Below, piece after piece: positions 1-10,339 of a DNA stretch of 64,000 nucleotides. The notes beneath the pieces are model-generated. The model searched no databases. It was given only the letters and a program-made list of their open reading frames with translations, and was not told where the DNA came from. Every line of letters starts with the position of its first letter. Position 1 is the stretch's first letter. The stretch comes from a virus (Duplodnaviria > Caudoviricetes), in IMG/VR virus record IMGVR_UViG_3300033066_001190, positions 32,001 through 96,000 of that record. The stretch is one strand, 5' to 3'. A program made the translations under genes and the position numbers.

Positions 1-2
1 AG

Positions 3-1976
3 CAAGAAGCATTATATCCAGATTGGAATAAACAAACCAATGCTTCAGGAACAGGATACAATACAATGTTTCAAACATGGGTTTATCCTTTTCAGAACTA
101 TGATGACATGAGGGTGATTTCTGATGCAGTGGGTTCTGCTGTTGGTTTTAATCCTTTAGATAGAACCTCTTTGTCCTCTGTACCATTAATGAATGAGTTT
201 GACAACAGTTCATTAGGTAATTCATATGCATTCCTTCAAAACGACTTAGTGCAAGTTACAGAGGCTTATTGGGTTAGCCAAATGAAAGTGGGTTTATTAT
301 GTTTAATAAATCCAGAAACAGGAGAACCAGTTTCTAGTATTGTTGATGAAAGTTTTGAACCAAAAAGGTTTGGTATAAAGGAATTAGAAGATTCTACATA
401 CAGAGAGCAGGTAGAAAATCAAGAGCCTGGAACAATTATATGGTTTTGGAAAAAACAAATTTGGCAAGGTTGTAAAATTAATGAAAATCATTTAAACTCT
501 TCTGTAAATACTCAGCATGGAAGAAAAGGGTTATATATAGATATTCGTCCAGCAAACTTTCAATTCAAAGGGGATTATAACCCATTTGATGCAAAACTAC
601 CTGTTGTAGGAGGAGTTTTTAATAATAGAAATGGTAGATCAATGTCTATTGTTGACTTATTAAAACCTTATCAGGTTTATTACAATGCTATTTTAAACCA
701 AGCTTATGGAATAACTCAAAGAAACAATGGTAAGTTTTTCTTGATGGATATTAATATCCTACCGTCTCTAAAAGATTGGGGAGGTGAAGAAGCTTATGAG
801 AAATTCATGGGTGTTGCAAATGCAATGGGTATTGGATTAGTAGATCCATCTCCTTCAAATCCTAACAATAAGCAAGGTAGTGGAGGATTTAATCAATATA
901 CAGTAATTGATTTAGATGAAACAGAAAAGGTAGTTAGGTTAATTAATCTAGCTATGTTGATTGAACAACAAGGCTTTGCTCAATTAGGTATTACTCCTCA
1001 AAGACAAGGGCAAACTCAAGCATCTGAAACAGCTCAAGGTAATATGATTGCTGTTAATAACTCCTATGCTATTACAGAAACCTATTTTGAAAACTTTTAT
1101 AATTATAAGAAAAGGAAAGAAAGACATCATTTAGATATTGCTCAATATTGTGCATCTAAACAAAAAGATATCACTCTTCCTTATATTACTTCTGACTTAG
1201 GAAATGGCTTCATAGCCATAACTGGAACAGAATTAATGACAAGAGATTTAGCTGTTTATCCAATAAATGCTCAAGAAACAGCTAGACAAAAAGCAATTGT
1301 TGAAGAACTTGTTCTTAAAAACAACACAACAAATATACCTTTATCTAAACTAGTAGGATTGTTAAGACACAATTCTATTATTGATATGCAAAAAGAGCTT
1401 GAACAAGCTGAAGCTGATTTCTGGAAACAGGAGCAAGAAAAAATGAAACATCAGCAAGAAATGCAAGATTCTCAATTGCAAGCTGTTGCTCAAGAAAAGG
1501 ATAAAGAAAGAGCTTTTGAAGCAGAGCAAAATCAATTAGATAGGGAAAATGAATTGAGAAAAGTAACACTCCAAGGAATTAGTGCGGAAGGTTCTTATAA
1601 TCCAGAAGTAGATAAAACTGGTCAATTAATTGAACAAACCAAATTAGGATTAGATCAATCTAGATTGGCTGCTGAAAATTCTTTCAAACAATCTCAATTA
1701 TTGAATCAACAAATTGATAGCTCCAGAAAACATCAGCTTGAAAAAGATAAAATAAAGAATGAAGAAAAGCTAATAAAACTTAAAGAGAAAGAAGTCAACT
1801 ATAAGAAGCAAATTGAGGACACAAAATTAAAAGCCATTGAAAAACAAAATCAAAGTCAGGAAAAACTAGCAGAACTTAAACACAAGAATGACAAAGAATT
1901 GTCTAAAGTTAAGCTAGATGTAGCAAAGGTTAACTTACAAGCAGCTAAAAAGAAAGCTAAAAATCCTAACAAATGA
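3..1976 (+). CDS. Portal protein (5' truncated by window)
   Basis: Frame is open from position 3, upstream of the ATG at 66. Contains a GITPQRQGQ...ETA motif and a long coiled-coil C-terminus typical of crAss-like portals. Lies upstream of scaffold/MCP. Confidence 0.8.
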   Translation, partial: QEALYPDWNKQTNASGTGYNTMFQTWVYPFQNYDDMRVISDAVGSAVGFNPLDRTSLSSVPLMNEFDNSSLGNSYAFLQNDLVQVTEAYWVSQMKVGLLCLINPETGEPVSSIVDESFEPKRFGIKELEDSTYREQVENQEPGTIIWFWKKQIWQGCKINENHLNSSVNTQHGRKGLYIDIRPANFQFKGDYNPFDAKLPVVGGVFNNRNGRSMSIVDLLKPYQVYYNAILNQAYGITQRNNGKFFLMDINILPSLKDWGGEEAYEKFMGVANAMGIGLVDPSPSNPNNKQGSGGFNQYTVIDLDETEKVVRLINLAMLIEQQGFAQLGITPQRQGQTQASETAQGNMIAVNNSYAITETYFENFYNYKKRKERHHLDIAQYCASKQKDITLPYITSDLGNGFIAITGTELMTRDLAVYPINAQETARQKAIVEELVLKNNTTNIPLSKLVGLLRHNSIIDMQKELEQAEADFWKQEQEKMKHQQEMQDSQLQAVAQEKDKERAFEAEQNQLDRENELRKVTLQGISAEGSYNPEVDKTGQLIEQTKLGLDQSRLAAENSFKQSQLLNQQIDSSRKHQLEKDKIKNEEKLIKLKEKEVNYKKQIEDTKLKAIEKQNQSQEKLAELKHKNDKELSKVKLDVAKVNLQAAKKKAKNPNK

Positions 1977-2326
1977 CAGAGATTAAGGTAGAATTTGGTG
2001 AGTTTATAATACTTCTTGAGGTATCAGATAATCCAGAATTATTTGCCAATAAACTTGTAAGCTCCCACAATTTTGATTTTACTGAAGAAGTGGATATAAA
2101 AGAATACAAAGGTTTTGTCAAAAAACATTATCATAATATAGCTTTTTTCTTAAAAACTGACTATTCTGAAGCAGATTTTGTGCATGAATTATTTCATGCT
2201 ACATACAGAATGTTAAACAATATTAGTATTCCTCTCAATGATGAAACTGAAGAAGTTTATGCTAGATATCAGGATATGTTATATCGCCTTATAAAACCAG
2301 AATTGGACAAATTAAAAAATGCATAG
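1973..2326 (+). CDS. Small zincin-like metallopeptidase
   Basis: FVHELFHA (HExxH) followed by EEVYA; ATGA overlap with the portal stop. Confidence 0.6.
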   Translation: MTEIKVEFGEFIILLEVSDNPELFANKLVSSHNFDFTEEVDIKEYKGFVKKHYHNIAFFLKTDYSEADFVHELFHATYRMLNNISIPLNDETEEVYARYQDMLYRLIKPELDKLKNA

Positions 2327-2349
2327 TAAAGCATATAACTGTCCTATTT

Positions 2350-2380
2350 TTTGAACACTCGTTATTTTTTGTTATAGTTG
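2350..2380 (+). promoter_or_regulatory. Putative Bacteroidota-type promoter (TTTG-N19-TATAGTTG)
   Basis: TTTG at 2350-2353 and TATAGTTG at 2373-2380; the same architecture recurs at 36219-36249 and 58079-58110. Confidence 0.5.
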
Positions 2381-2404
2381 CATTACAAGCAACAACAATA
2401 CATA

Positions 2405-3547
2405 ATGCAGTCAAATTTACTAAACATTCAACTTCTCACAGAAGCAGAAGTAGGAGAAACATCTAATGTAGAATTAGCTCCTAATTTAGAAACCTCAGAA
2501 GTAAAAAAGGATGATAAAGTTGCAGATCCTGCAACACCAACTACTCCAAAAATTGAACTATTAACGCCAGAAGAAGCAGGTGTTAAATTAGAAAAGGATG
2601 AGGAAGGTAATGAAATTGCAGTTAAAGAAGAACCCAAAGTAACAAAAGAAGATTTGGCTTTAGATTATAAAGCTTTAGCTGAATCCCGAATTAAGAATGG
2701 TGCTTGGGATGAATATGAAAATTGGAATGAATTAAAAGATTCAGTGGAATGGACTGCTGAATTGTTTGAAAAGTTAGAAACAGAACAGTTTCAAAACAAA
2801 GTACAAAAGGGCATTGAAGAAGAAAAATCTCAATTCGGCTCTCAATATGCTCAACTCTTAGAGCATGCAAAAAATGGAGGTAATTTTCAAGAATTACTAC
2901 CTTCTATCCAACAAGAATTAGATATTGAATCCTTAGATGAAACAGATTTAGATTCTGCTGAAGAATTAATCAGAGCAGAATGTGAAGCAAAGGGATGGAG
3001 TGAAAAAAGAACAAAGTCTTATATCACTTCGTTAAAAGATCAAGGAGATGATGAGAATTTCATCGAAACTGCTAAAGAAGCTAAAGCAAGCTTAAAAAGT
3101 ATTGTTTTAGAAGAAAGACAGGAACTCATCAAACAAAAAGAAGAAGAAGCTAGAGTCACTAAAGCATATTGGGAAACTTTCAATAAAAAAGTAAGAGAAA
3201 CTATTTTTAAAGATGAAGAGCTTTCCCCAAAAGAACAAAAAGATATTGACAAGTTTGTATTTGAATACAAGCATGTAGATCCAGCTTCTGGTAAAAAATA
3301 TTCTGATTTCAATTTGAAATTTGATGAAATCAAGAATGACCCAGCTAAATATGCAAAGCTCATCAAGTTGGTAAAAAACTTTGATGAAGTAGTGAAAAAA
3401 GACACTGCTAAAAAAGAAGCAGTTAAAGAAATCTCTTTCCTTTTGAGAGGAGCATCTCAATCCACAGGTAAAAAGACATCAGAATATCCTGAATTACAAC
3501 CAGATAAAAAAGTAAAAGGGTATAATCCTTTTAAAATCAAACCTTAA
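2405..3547 (+). CDS. Acidic scaffolding-like protein upstream of MCP
   Basis: Very acidic, helical/coiled coil, lies between portal and MCP. ATG 2405 is preferred over TTG 2378 because of its A/C-rich leader and because the promoter overlaps 2378. Confidence 0.6.
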   Translation: MQSNLLNIQLLTEAEVGETSNVELAPNLETSEVKKDDKVADPATPTTPKIELLTPEEAGVKLEKDEEGNEIAVKEEPKVTKEDLALDYKALAESRIKNGAWDEYENWNELKDSVEWTAELFEKLETEQFQNKVQKGIEEEKSQFGSQYAQLLEHAKNGGNFQELLPSIQQELDIESLDETDLDSAEELIRAECEAKGWSEKRTKSYITSLKDQGDDENFIETAKEAKASLKSIVLEERQELIKQKEEEARVTKAYWETFNKKVRETIFKDEELSPKEQKDIDKFVFEYKHVDPASGKKYSDFNLKFDEIKNDPAKYAKLIKLVKNFDEVVKKDTAKKEAVKEISFLLRGASQSTGKKTSEYPELQPDKKVKGYNPFKIKP

Positions 3548-3567
3548 AATAAAAAAATAATAGCTTA

Positions 3568-5229
3568 ATGGCAACTCCTACTTTACAGAATTTTGGAAAT
3601 AACCTCGTAGTTAAGAAAACTGATTACCGCATGGCGGGTACATTTACCGATGAAAACAAGTTGGTAAATCTATTTGGTTATGACAACGTTAAAGGTGATA
3701 ACTACATGGGGATTTTCTCCGTATTCAACCAATGGTCTACAGTAAATGTTCCTCTCTTAAAAAGGAGCATCATGGAAAAAAACATTATCTACACAAATGG
3801 TAATGTTGGTTCTTTAACTTTCGATATGCCCTATCGTTTAGAAGGTCTAACTGTTAAAGTAGATTTGACTGACGACATCCAATACCCAGGTATTGATGGT
3901 AGCATCTTTGAAGTGGTTATTGGAGATGGTGGATTAGATTCTGTATTACAAGTAGGTGATCGTATCACTGCTGATTACTACGATGGTCAAAACTTAATCA
4001 TTCGTGAAGTAGTTGGTATTTTTGGACAAGGGTTTAAATACAAGGTTCAGTTGGTTACAAATGACAAAACTGAATACTTTAATAAATCTCAACTAGCTCC
4101 AGGAACTCAATTCTTCAAACTTGGTCACACAGCAGGTGAATTTTCTCAAGATGGTTCAGGTATTTCTCAAGGTTTTGGTATGATGAGGTTACAACATCGT
4201 TTAGGTGGTCGCAGAATGTTGGAATATACATTAACTGGCGATGCTCAACGTTTGGAACTAAGTGGTTCTACTAAAATTGGTGGTTTTGACTTTGATCTTT
4301 CCAACTTGAACAAGTATGGTGATTTGAGTGATGCAATGAATGGTGGTTACTTGGTATTGGGAGAAAATGACGGAAAAGGAAATATTAAAAAAGGTACATT
4401 ACAATGGGTTAGTTTCATTGAAGTGATGTTGCATAATGAACTTGCTCGTTTGGAAGAACTTGATTTGATGTTCTCTCAAGGTGGTACTGTAACAGGCGCA
4501 AGGAATAAAACAGAAGTTGTTTCCGAAGGTTTGTATCAACAAATGAAACGTGGTAACTGGAGACATTTCTCTAAATACACTCGTAATGCAGTGGTAGATA
4601 CTTTCCAACAAGCATTTAGAAATCGTCCTGATATTCCAGATTACAAACGTTACTTCAAACTTGAAGGTGGTCGTGGTGCTGTAAATGAATTCCAAAAAAT
4701 CTTTAACCAAGAATTAAACACCACTGCAAACCAATTTGGAGGTATTATTAATGCTGATCAATTGGGTGTAATCAAAGGTGATGCAATGAATCTTGAGGTA
4801 GGATACCGTATGAATAAAGTGTTTATTTCAGGTGTGGGTTGGGTAGAAATTGAACATAACCCAGCATTTGATGCAACACAATCTCGTGTAATGGATCAAC
4901 CAATGATTGGAGGTTTACCTAAACGTTCTTACACTTCTTGTATTTTTGATTTGACTGACTCTAACAGCACTAATGCTGCTCAAGTAACAGGAGATGTAGA
5001 ATTTGCAAAAGGTATGGATACAGGTGCAAACATCTACTTAGTGAAAAATAAGAAAATGCCAGGTGTAAAAATCACTCACATTAATGGTCGTACTTCTCCA
5101 TATCCTGTAATGGCAGGTGGAGGTCAAGTAGCTTCTACAAGGTTTGATGCGTATACTCAATTGTTAGAAAATCAATCTAACATTTTCTTGAAAGATCCTA
5201 CTCGCTCAATCTTGCTTGAGTTGAAATAA
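3568..5229 (+). CDS. Major capsid protein (crAss-like HK97 fold)
   Basis: 553 aa; biased high-expression codons (CGT, GGT); EGLYQQM and EHNPAFD motifs; position after the scaffold. Confidence 0.8.
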   Translation: MATPTLQNFGNNLVVKKTDYRMAGTFTDENKLVNLFGYDNVKGDNYMGIFSVFNQWSTVNVPLLKRSIMEKNIIYTNGNVGSLTFDMPYRLEGLTVKVDLTDDIQYPGIDGSIFEVVIGDGGLDSVLQVGDRITADYYDGQNLIIREVVGIFGQGFKYKVQLVTNDKTEYFNKSQLAPGTQFFKLGHTAGEFSQDGSGISQGFGMMRLQHRLGGRRMLEYTLTGDAQRLELSGSTKIGGFDFDLSNLNKYGDLSDAMNGGYLVLGENDGKGNIKKGTLQWVSFIEVMLHNELARLEELDLMFSQGGTVTGARNKTEVVSEGLYQQMKRGNWRHFSKYTRNAVVDTFQQAFRNRPDIPDYKRYFKLEGGRGAVNEFQKIFNQELNTTANQFGGIINADQLGVIKGDAMNLEVGYRMNKVFISGVGWVEIEHNPAFDATQSRVMDQPMIGGLPKRSYTSCIFDLTDSNSTNAAQVTGDVEFAKGMDTGANIYLVKNKKMPGVKITHINGRTSPYPVMAGGGQVASTRFDAYTQLLENQSNIFLKDPTRSILLELK

Positions 5230-5268
5230 GTAAGAAAACAAAAGTAAAACAAAGCAACAAACAACAAT

Positions 5269-6243
5269 ATGGTATTAGATTTAACAAAAACGTACAAAGT
5301 AGAACCTAAGATTTCTCTAGGTGATGCTCAAGGATTAGATAAATTTGATTTATCTCGACACGTAGGAACTCTTAAACAAATCAGTGTACATTACGACACC
5401 TTAACAGGTAAGTTTAAAACTGGTTTAGATGAAAATGCTCCTGAAGTATTAGCACTACCTAAAGAAGAAAGGGAACAAAAGATTGATTGGATTAAAGCTA
5501 CTCGATCTTCACTTGAACAAAAAATTGGTAGACCTGGTATTTTAGATCCTACTAACGAAGATTTTTGGTCTGTGTGGTCAGTAAATTTAGAAATTGGTCA
5601 AGATAAACATGTTAAAGTTTTTGGACAGCACCCCTACTTTATTCCAGAAACACATTGGTCACATGCTTTAGCTCTTATTACTCTACAAGCAAATGATGCT
5701 TTACCAATGAGTAAGAAAGAAGCAAATAACCCAAAATATAAAGATGCTCAATTCTATATTACTACTCCAGAAGAGGAAGTAACAATGAGCAAAGAAAAGG
5801 TTAGGGAAAATCGTGCAAGGAACACAGAAATGTCTAAATTGTTTGATGATACTAATCCTCTATATGAAAGGGCTTTGCGAATTGCATACTTACTAAATGT
5901 TCAAAAAGAACCTGTAGGCTTAGAGAAGCTGGAAGAAGTTTTAGAAATGTTCTCTTCTCAGAAAGAATATATTAAACGATTCTTAGAGCTTTGTAAAATG
6001 GAAGATCAAGAATTAGAACTTCGTACCACTCTTAAAAAAGCTATCGAACTTGATGTTATCAGTTTTAATGCTGCTGATAAAGTTTATTACCGAGGAGGTT
6101 TTAACATGAGGGGAACTGAAGAAGCTGTAGTAAACATGTTTAAAGTTAATTTAGCTGATCCAGTGATTGCAAGGGAATATGTCGAAATTAAAGATGCTGT
6201 AAATAAACGGGAATCTAAGAAAAAGAAGAAAACCATTGCGTAA
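5269..6243 (+). CDS. Conserved crAss-like protein downstream of MCP (gene-75-like)
   Basis: KTGLDE, LDPTNEDFW and LKKAIELDVI motifs; synteny. Confidence 0.55.
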   Translation: MVLDLTKTYKVEPKISLGDAQGLDKFDLSRHVGTLKQISVHYDTLTGKFKTGLDENAPEVLALPKEEREQKIDWIKATRSSLEQKIGRPGILDPTNEDFWSVWSVNLEIGQDKHVKVFGQHPYFIPETHWSHALALITLQANDALPMSKKEANNPKYKDAQFYITTPEEEVTMSKEKVRENRARNTEMSKLFDDTNPLYERALRIAYLLNVQKEPVGLEKLEEVLEMFSSQKEYIKRFLELCKMEDQELELRTTLKKAIELDVISFNAADKVYYRGGFNMRGTEEAVVNMFKVNLADPVIAREYVEIKDAVNKRESKKKKKTIA

Positions 6244-6254
6244 TATGATTGTCA

Positions 6255-6917
6255 ATGAAACCAGAGTTAGTTTATTTAAAGTTTCTTCAAAAAGTAAACA
6301 AAGGGAATTCCCAGTTTAATATAACTTGCGATAGAGCAAGGTTTGTTCTTATAATTAATGAGTGTAAAAATAGGTGGGTTGAAAAACACATCAAATCCAA
6401 AGATTCTATTCTTATTGAGTCTTTACAAGAAATTGTAAAAACAGTAGAATACAATCAAGGGACAGATAAAGGAGATTACATAGAGTATGTTCTTAATGAA
6501 GATTTCTATGAATCCATATCTGCAAAGTGTGAAGCAAAAAAAGGTGAATGTAAAGGAGTAGTGTACTCTAGGGAATTAAAAAACCAAAATAAGAACATTT
6601 ACCAATTTGATGAAAATCTCAAACCTGATTTTGATTTTGAATGGAGTTTTCATTCAATTCAAGCCAACACTCTGAGAATATATAAAACCGATTTCTCAAT
6701 ATTGTTGACAACATTTTCTTACTATAAGGTTTTAGAAGAATTTGACATAGAAGGTTATATAAACATTGATAACCAACCTTCACAAAATAAAGAATTCATA
6801 CTTTCTGATCAATATGTAGATCAAATAATCAACATGGCAGCAGAAGAATTTATGAGAGACTATGAAAATCAAAACGGATTATTAATAGCAAAAGACAGAA
6901 CTCAGAATCAAGAATAA
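6255..6917 (+). CDS. Putative tail ring/head-tail connector protein
   Basis: About 220 aa; KVNK at the N-terminus and QIINMAA at the C-terminus resemble crAss ring proteins; synteny. ATG 6255, alternative TTG 6249. Confidence 0.5.
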   Translation: MKPELVYLKFLQKVNKGNSQFNITCDRARFVLIINECKNRWVEKHIKSKDSILIESLQEIVKTVEYNQGTDKGDYIEYVLNEDFYESISAKCEAKKGECKGVVYSRELKNQNKNIYQFDENLKPDFDFEWSFHSIQANTLRIYKTDFSILLTTFSYYKVLEEFDIEGYINIDNQPSQNKEFILSDQYVDQIINMAAEEFMRDYENQNGLLIAKDRTQNQE

Positions 6918-6944
6918 AAAACACAAAAAAATAAGTAAATAGAT

Positions 6945-8897
6945 ATGGCAGCAAATAGCTACAGAAACGTATTCCTTACCAATTTAGAAACAATTCCTTC
7001 TAGCGGTACTACCTTAGATTTGGGTATTGGTCAATTAGGTATTGTAAATGTAAGAACTAACGCACTTACAGCAACTCCAAATTTTCCAGCAGTTAGGAGT
7101 ATTCAGATTGTTCAAGGAACTTCTGATAAAAAACTTCCAAAAGGTTTCCAACAAGGTAATCAAACCTTTAGGACTCCTGAAATTCCTGCAAGTCCCAATA
7201 TTGAATTTTATGCTTTGAAAGCTCAAAAGCTTCAAAACATGATTGTTACATTGGGATATGATGGAGCAGATGCTACTAAAACAATGACTCCTCGTAAAGG
7301 AAAAGATGTACGTTTGTTCATCACTCTTACAGGTCAACCAATTGCTAACCTAGTAGCTAATACAGGAAATCACCCAGCAGCAATCACCGAAACCTTTGAT
7401 TTAATTTTACCTTGTACAGATGAATGTGCAGACACTTGTGGTGACACTGTAGACTGTAATGCTGTAGCAGATGCTATTATCAAACAAGTGTCAGAGCGTA
7501 AAACAATTGGCTCTATTAACTTGGTAGATGGCGTAAATGGAGAACCTGGATTCTTGCGATTGACTAAATTGGTTGATTGTGACACTCCTTCTGGTTTACC
7601 AACCACTGCTTGTCAAAAATGGGAATTGTTAATTGCTGATGCAGGAGATCAAGTTGCTCTTGGTACTGTACAAGCTCAATATCCAGGAAAAACAATTACT
7701 CGCACTAAACGTGATGGAATTTATTCAACATATGAACTATCTCTTTGTGATAACTCCACTCCTAGTGATTTTGTTGATAATGCTCCTGTAGTAATTCCAA
7801 ATTGTACTGAATGCCCTAGCGGATACACTTTAGTTAATGAGTTAAATGTTTACACTGCAACTAAAGCAGGTAATCAAGTAGCAACAGCAGCTAGTGGTGC
7901 AACAGGATATGTTTCAGGTTCTGGTAAGATTTTGGTAGCATTCGATGGTGTAAAAACTGTTCTTCAGTTTTACTCTACTAGCTCAAGTTTAGCAACTGTA
8001 GCAGCTTCTATTCCAACTTTCGGTGTAACAGCAGAAGGTACTGTACAATCAGTTTGTACACCTGATGCAAGTGTAACCACTGCATGGACTGAAGGAGATG
8101 CTTGTGCTAAAGCTCAAAAAGTATATCAAATCACTCTTAAAGATGACATTTGTGGTACTTCTCAATTAGCAGCTTTGCAAGCAATCTATGGATCTGGTGT
8201 ATCAATCTTCTCTACAAATGCTGACACTTGTACTCGTGTATATCATCTGACTGTAGATTCTGAACAAGAATGTGTAAACTGTGCTGATGTAGATACTCAA
8301 TACTTTACCTTTAAAAAGCCTGTAAACTTTGGAACAGCTATCTGGACTGAAGTAGCTGGACAAGATTCAGTGTATGGAACAGGTTGTGTTTGTGGTATTC
8401 GTTTTGAAAGTGCATATGTAGCTCGTGAAAGGAAAGAATGCTTCTTCCAAGAAGTGTCCGCTGAAATCGAACCATTGTTTATCTATGTTTCAACAACTAA
8501 CCCTGATTTCAGAGATTACTCTACCTTGTGCAATGAAGATGAAATCTTCCCTGTTACATTGATTCAAAATGCTCAATATCGTCAAGGTTGGGGATCTGTA
8601 GTAGCTGAACAAGTTAAATTGAGTCGTGCTTACTTTAACGAACCTTGGTTCACTGATCCAGCTACACGTGATGCAGTGGGATATGAGTTAGGTGTTGATT
8701 TGCAAGGATATTACGATCAATACACATTAAAATGGAAAACCCCTATTGCAGGTGCAGGTGGAGTGAGTGGATTTGGATTCAGCCAATTTGAAGAGTATGA
8801 ATGGACAATTTATACAGCTCAAGGCGAAGGTACTCAATTTGCAAATGCTTTAAATTCTTGGTTGATTTCTGTAGGAGCAGCTCCTGCTTCAATCTAA
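6945..8897 (+). CDS. Abundant Cys-rich virion structural protein (auxiliary capsid/decoration-like)
   Basis: 650 aa; MCP-like codon bias; many Cys/CxxC; followed by a terminator. Confidence 0.5.
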   Translation: MAANSYRNVFLTNLETIPSSGTTLDLGIGQLGIVNVRTNALTATPNFPAVRSIQIVQGTSDKKLPKGFQQGNQTFRTPEIPASPNIEFYALKAQKLQNMIVTLGYDGADATKTMTPRKGKDVRLFITLTGQPIANLVANTGNHPAAITETFDLILPCTDECADTCGDTVDCNAVADAIIKQVSERKTIGSINLVDGVNGEPGFLRLTKLVDCDTPSGLPTTACQKWELLIADAGDQVALGTVQAQYPGKTITRTKRDGIYSTYELSLCDNSTPSDFVDNAPVVIPNCTECPSGYTLVNELNVYTATKAGNQVATAASGATGYVSGSGKILVAFDGVKTVLQFYSTSSSLATVAASIPTFGVTAEGTVQSVCTPDASVTTAWTEGDACAKAQKVYQITLKDDICGTSQLAALQAIYGSGVSIFSTNADTCTRVYHLTVDSEQECVNCADVDTQYFTFKKPVNFGTAIWTEVAGQDSVYGTGCVCGIRFESAYVARERKECFFQEVSAEIEPLFIYVSTTNPDFRDYSTLCNEDEIFPVTLIQNAQYRQGWGSVVAEQVKLSRAYFNEPWFTDPATRDAVGYELGVDLQGYYDQYTLKWKTPIAGAGGVSGFGFSQFEEYEWTIYTAQGEGTQFANALNSWLISVGAAPASI

Positions 8898-8920
8898 GAA
8901 AAACAATATTAAATTACCCT

Positions 8921-8958
8921 AAAGTGGGAGGGATTCAAAACTCCCTTCCACTTTTTTT
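8921..8958 (+). terminator. Rho-independent terminator
   Basis: AAAGTGGGAGGGA-loop-TCCCTTCCACTTT followed by a T-run. Confidence 0.85.
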
Positions 8959-8984
8959 ATTTTATAGAAAAACTAAAACATAAA

Positions 8985-9419
8985 ATGGCATTTATCAAAC
9001 AACCTTCAAACCTAAGTAACGCTATTCTTAACTTTGTTAAGCATCTTGTATCTAAAGCTGTATATGAAGATATTAAGGCTCTTTTAAATCCTTGTTGTAT
9101 TCCAACATTGGAAATTGCTTCTGACTACACTTGTGTAAGCCCTAGTTATACTAGATTTAATGATGTAACTGTTACAGGAGATTATAAGAACAAAACAGCC
9201 ATATTGCTTTTTACAATTACTGAATCTGATGGCACTGTACAAACTTCAACAGTTGTCGCTACATTTGATGAAAATGGTTTATGGAATGGTTCTTTTACTA
9301 TGTTAGATTATTTTAATGATGGAATTGCTGACATTACAGTTAGTGTATTGGTAAATGGATCACGAGTTGTAGAAACTTCTAAAAATGTTCATTTAACAGG
9401 TATACCAAGTTGTGACTAA
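8985..9419 (+). CDS. Hypothetical virion protein (beta-rich, Ig-like?)
   Basis: 144-aa ORF within the structural operon. Confidence 0.5.
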   Translation: MAFIKQPSNLSNAILNFVKHLVSKAVYEDIKALLNPCCIPTLEIASDYTCVSPSYTRFNDVTVTGDYKNKTAILLFTITESDGTVQTSTVVATFDENGLWNGSFTMLDYFNDGIADITVSVLVNGSRVVETSKNVHLTGIPSCD

Positions 9420-9529
9420 TGGGCTGTAATTCTAAAAAATGTAAACAATGTGGTAAATCTAAACCAGCTTGCCAATTGGTAAATGGTTTATGTTCTACAT
9501 GTATAAGTTTAAATAGCAAGAAACATTAA
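9419..9529 (+). CDS. 36-aa Cys-rich peptide (absent from ORF track)
   Basis: MGCNSKKCKQCGKSKPACQLVNGLCSTCISLNSKKH; TAATG coupling at both ends fills the gap exactly. Confidence 0.75.
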   Translation: MGCNSKKCKQCGKSKPACQLVNGLCSTCISLNSKKH

Positions 9530-10071
9530 TGAGCTTTATAAATAATAACCTTTCTTTTAATATTCTTGAAACTAATGAGTGCAAGACTTTAGGTATATTA
9601 GATACAAGCTCATATAGAACTCCTAATGATGTTTCAGGGCTTGTATTACAGATATTACCTCCTAATGGGTTAGATCTTGTAGAAACTAATTACAATCAAA
9701 GTACTGTAACAATTATAAACAGCAACACTTTAAAAATAACAAAAGTAGCTGATCCTAAATATTTACAGGAGTTACCCGATGGGTTGTACACTGCTAAAAT
9801 AAGCATCTGTCCCTATGAAACCAATTGGACTGAAAAAAAATGGTATAGAGTTTGCCAATTACAATGTAAATTTAGTAAAGCTTTTCTCAAGGCTAAGATA
9901 AATGAATGTTCTTCTTGTTTAGATTTAAACATTTCAAAAAAATTAGAATCTGCTTGGGAATATATAATTGGTGTAGAAACGAATGTAACAGCTTGTAACT
10001 TTCCAGAAGCAGCTAGATGTTATGAAAAAGCAAATAAAATAATTGATAAAATTTTAGACTGTGGGTGCTAA
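9529..10071 (+). CDS. Putative tail hub/collar protein
   Basis: LPDGLY motif and Cys-rich C-terminus; synteny. Confidence 0.45.
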   Translation: MSFINNNLSFNILETNECKTLGILDTSSYRTPNDVSGLVLQILPPNGLDLVETNYNQSTVTIINSNTLKITKVADPKYLQELPDGLYTAKISICPYETNWTEKKWYRVCQLQCKFSKAFLKAKINECSSCLDLNISKKLESAWEYIIGVETNVTACNFPEAARCYEKANKIIDKILDCGC

Positions 10072-10339
10072 TTTAACTGCTTGTGATGATTGTGGTGCTT
10101 ACGATTTGGATTTTATCGAAAATCTCCAAACTACGCTCTCACAAAAAATGGCAGCAGAGATTAGTAAAAAAAGATTGAGCGAAGCCAATGATTTAGGTTT
10201 ATGCTTTAACCATACAACCTATTGGGAGCTTTATATGTGGAATAGCATATTGGAGCAAATAAAATATTGTAATTCTTGCTTTGCAGGATATGATATCGAA
10301 ACAATTGTTTCAAAAATAAAAAATACATTAAGTGAATAA
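10061..10339 (+). CDS. Cys-rich hypothetical structural protein
   Basis: Overlapping ORF in the operon with CxxC motifs. Confidence 0.45.
   Translation: MGANLTACDDCGAYDLDFIENLQTTLSQKMAAEISKKRLSEANDLGLCFNHTTYWELYMWNSILEQIKYCNSCFAGYDIETIVSKIKNTLSE

Noticed and set aside
8801-8983. 60-aa + strand ORF
   Set aside because: Overlaps the 650-aa gene out of frame and runs through a terminator.
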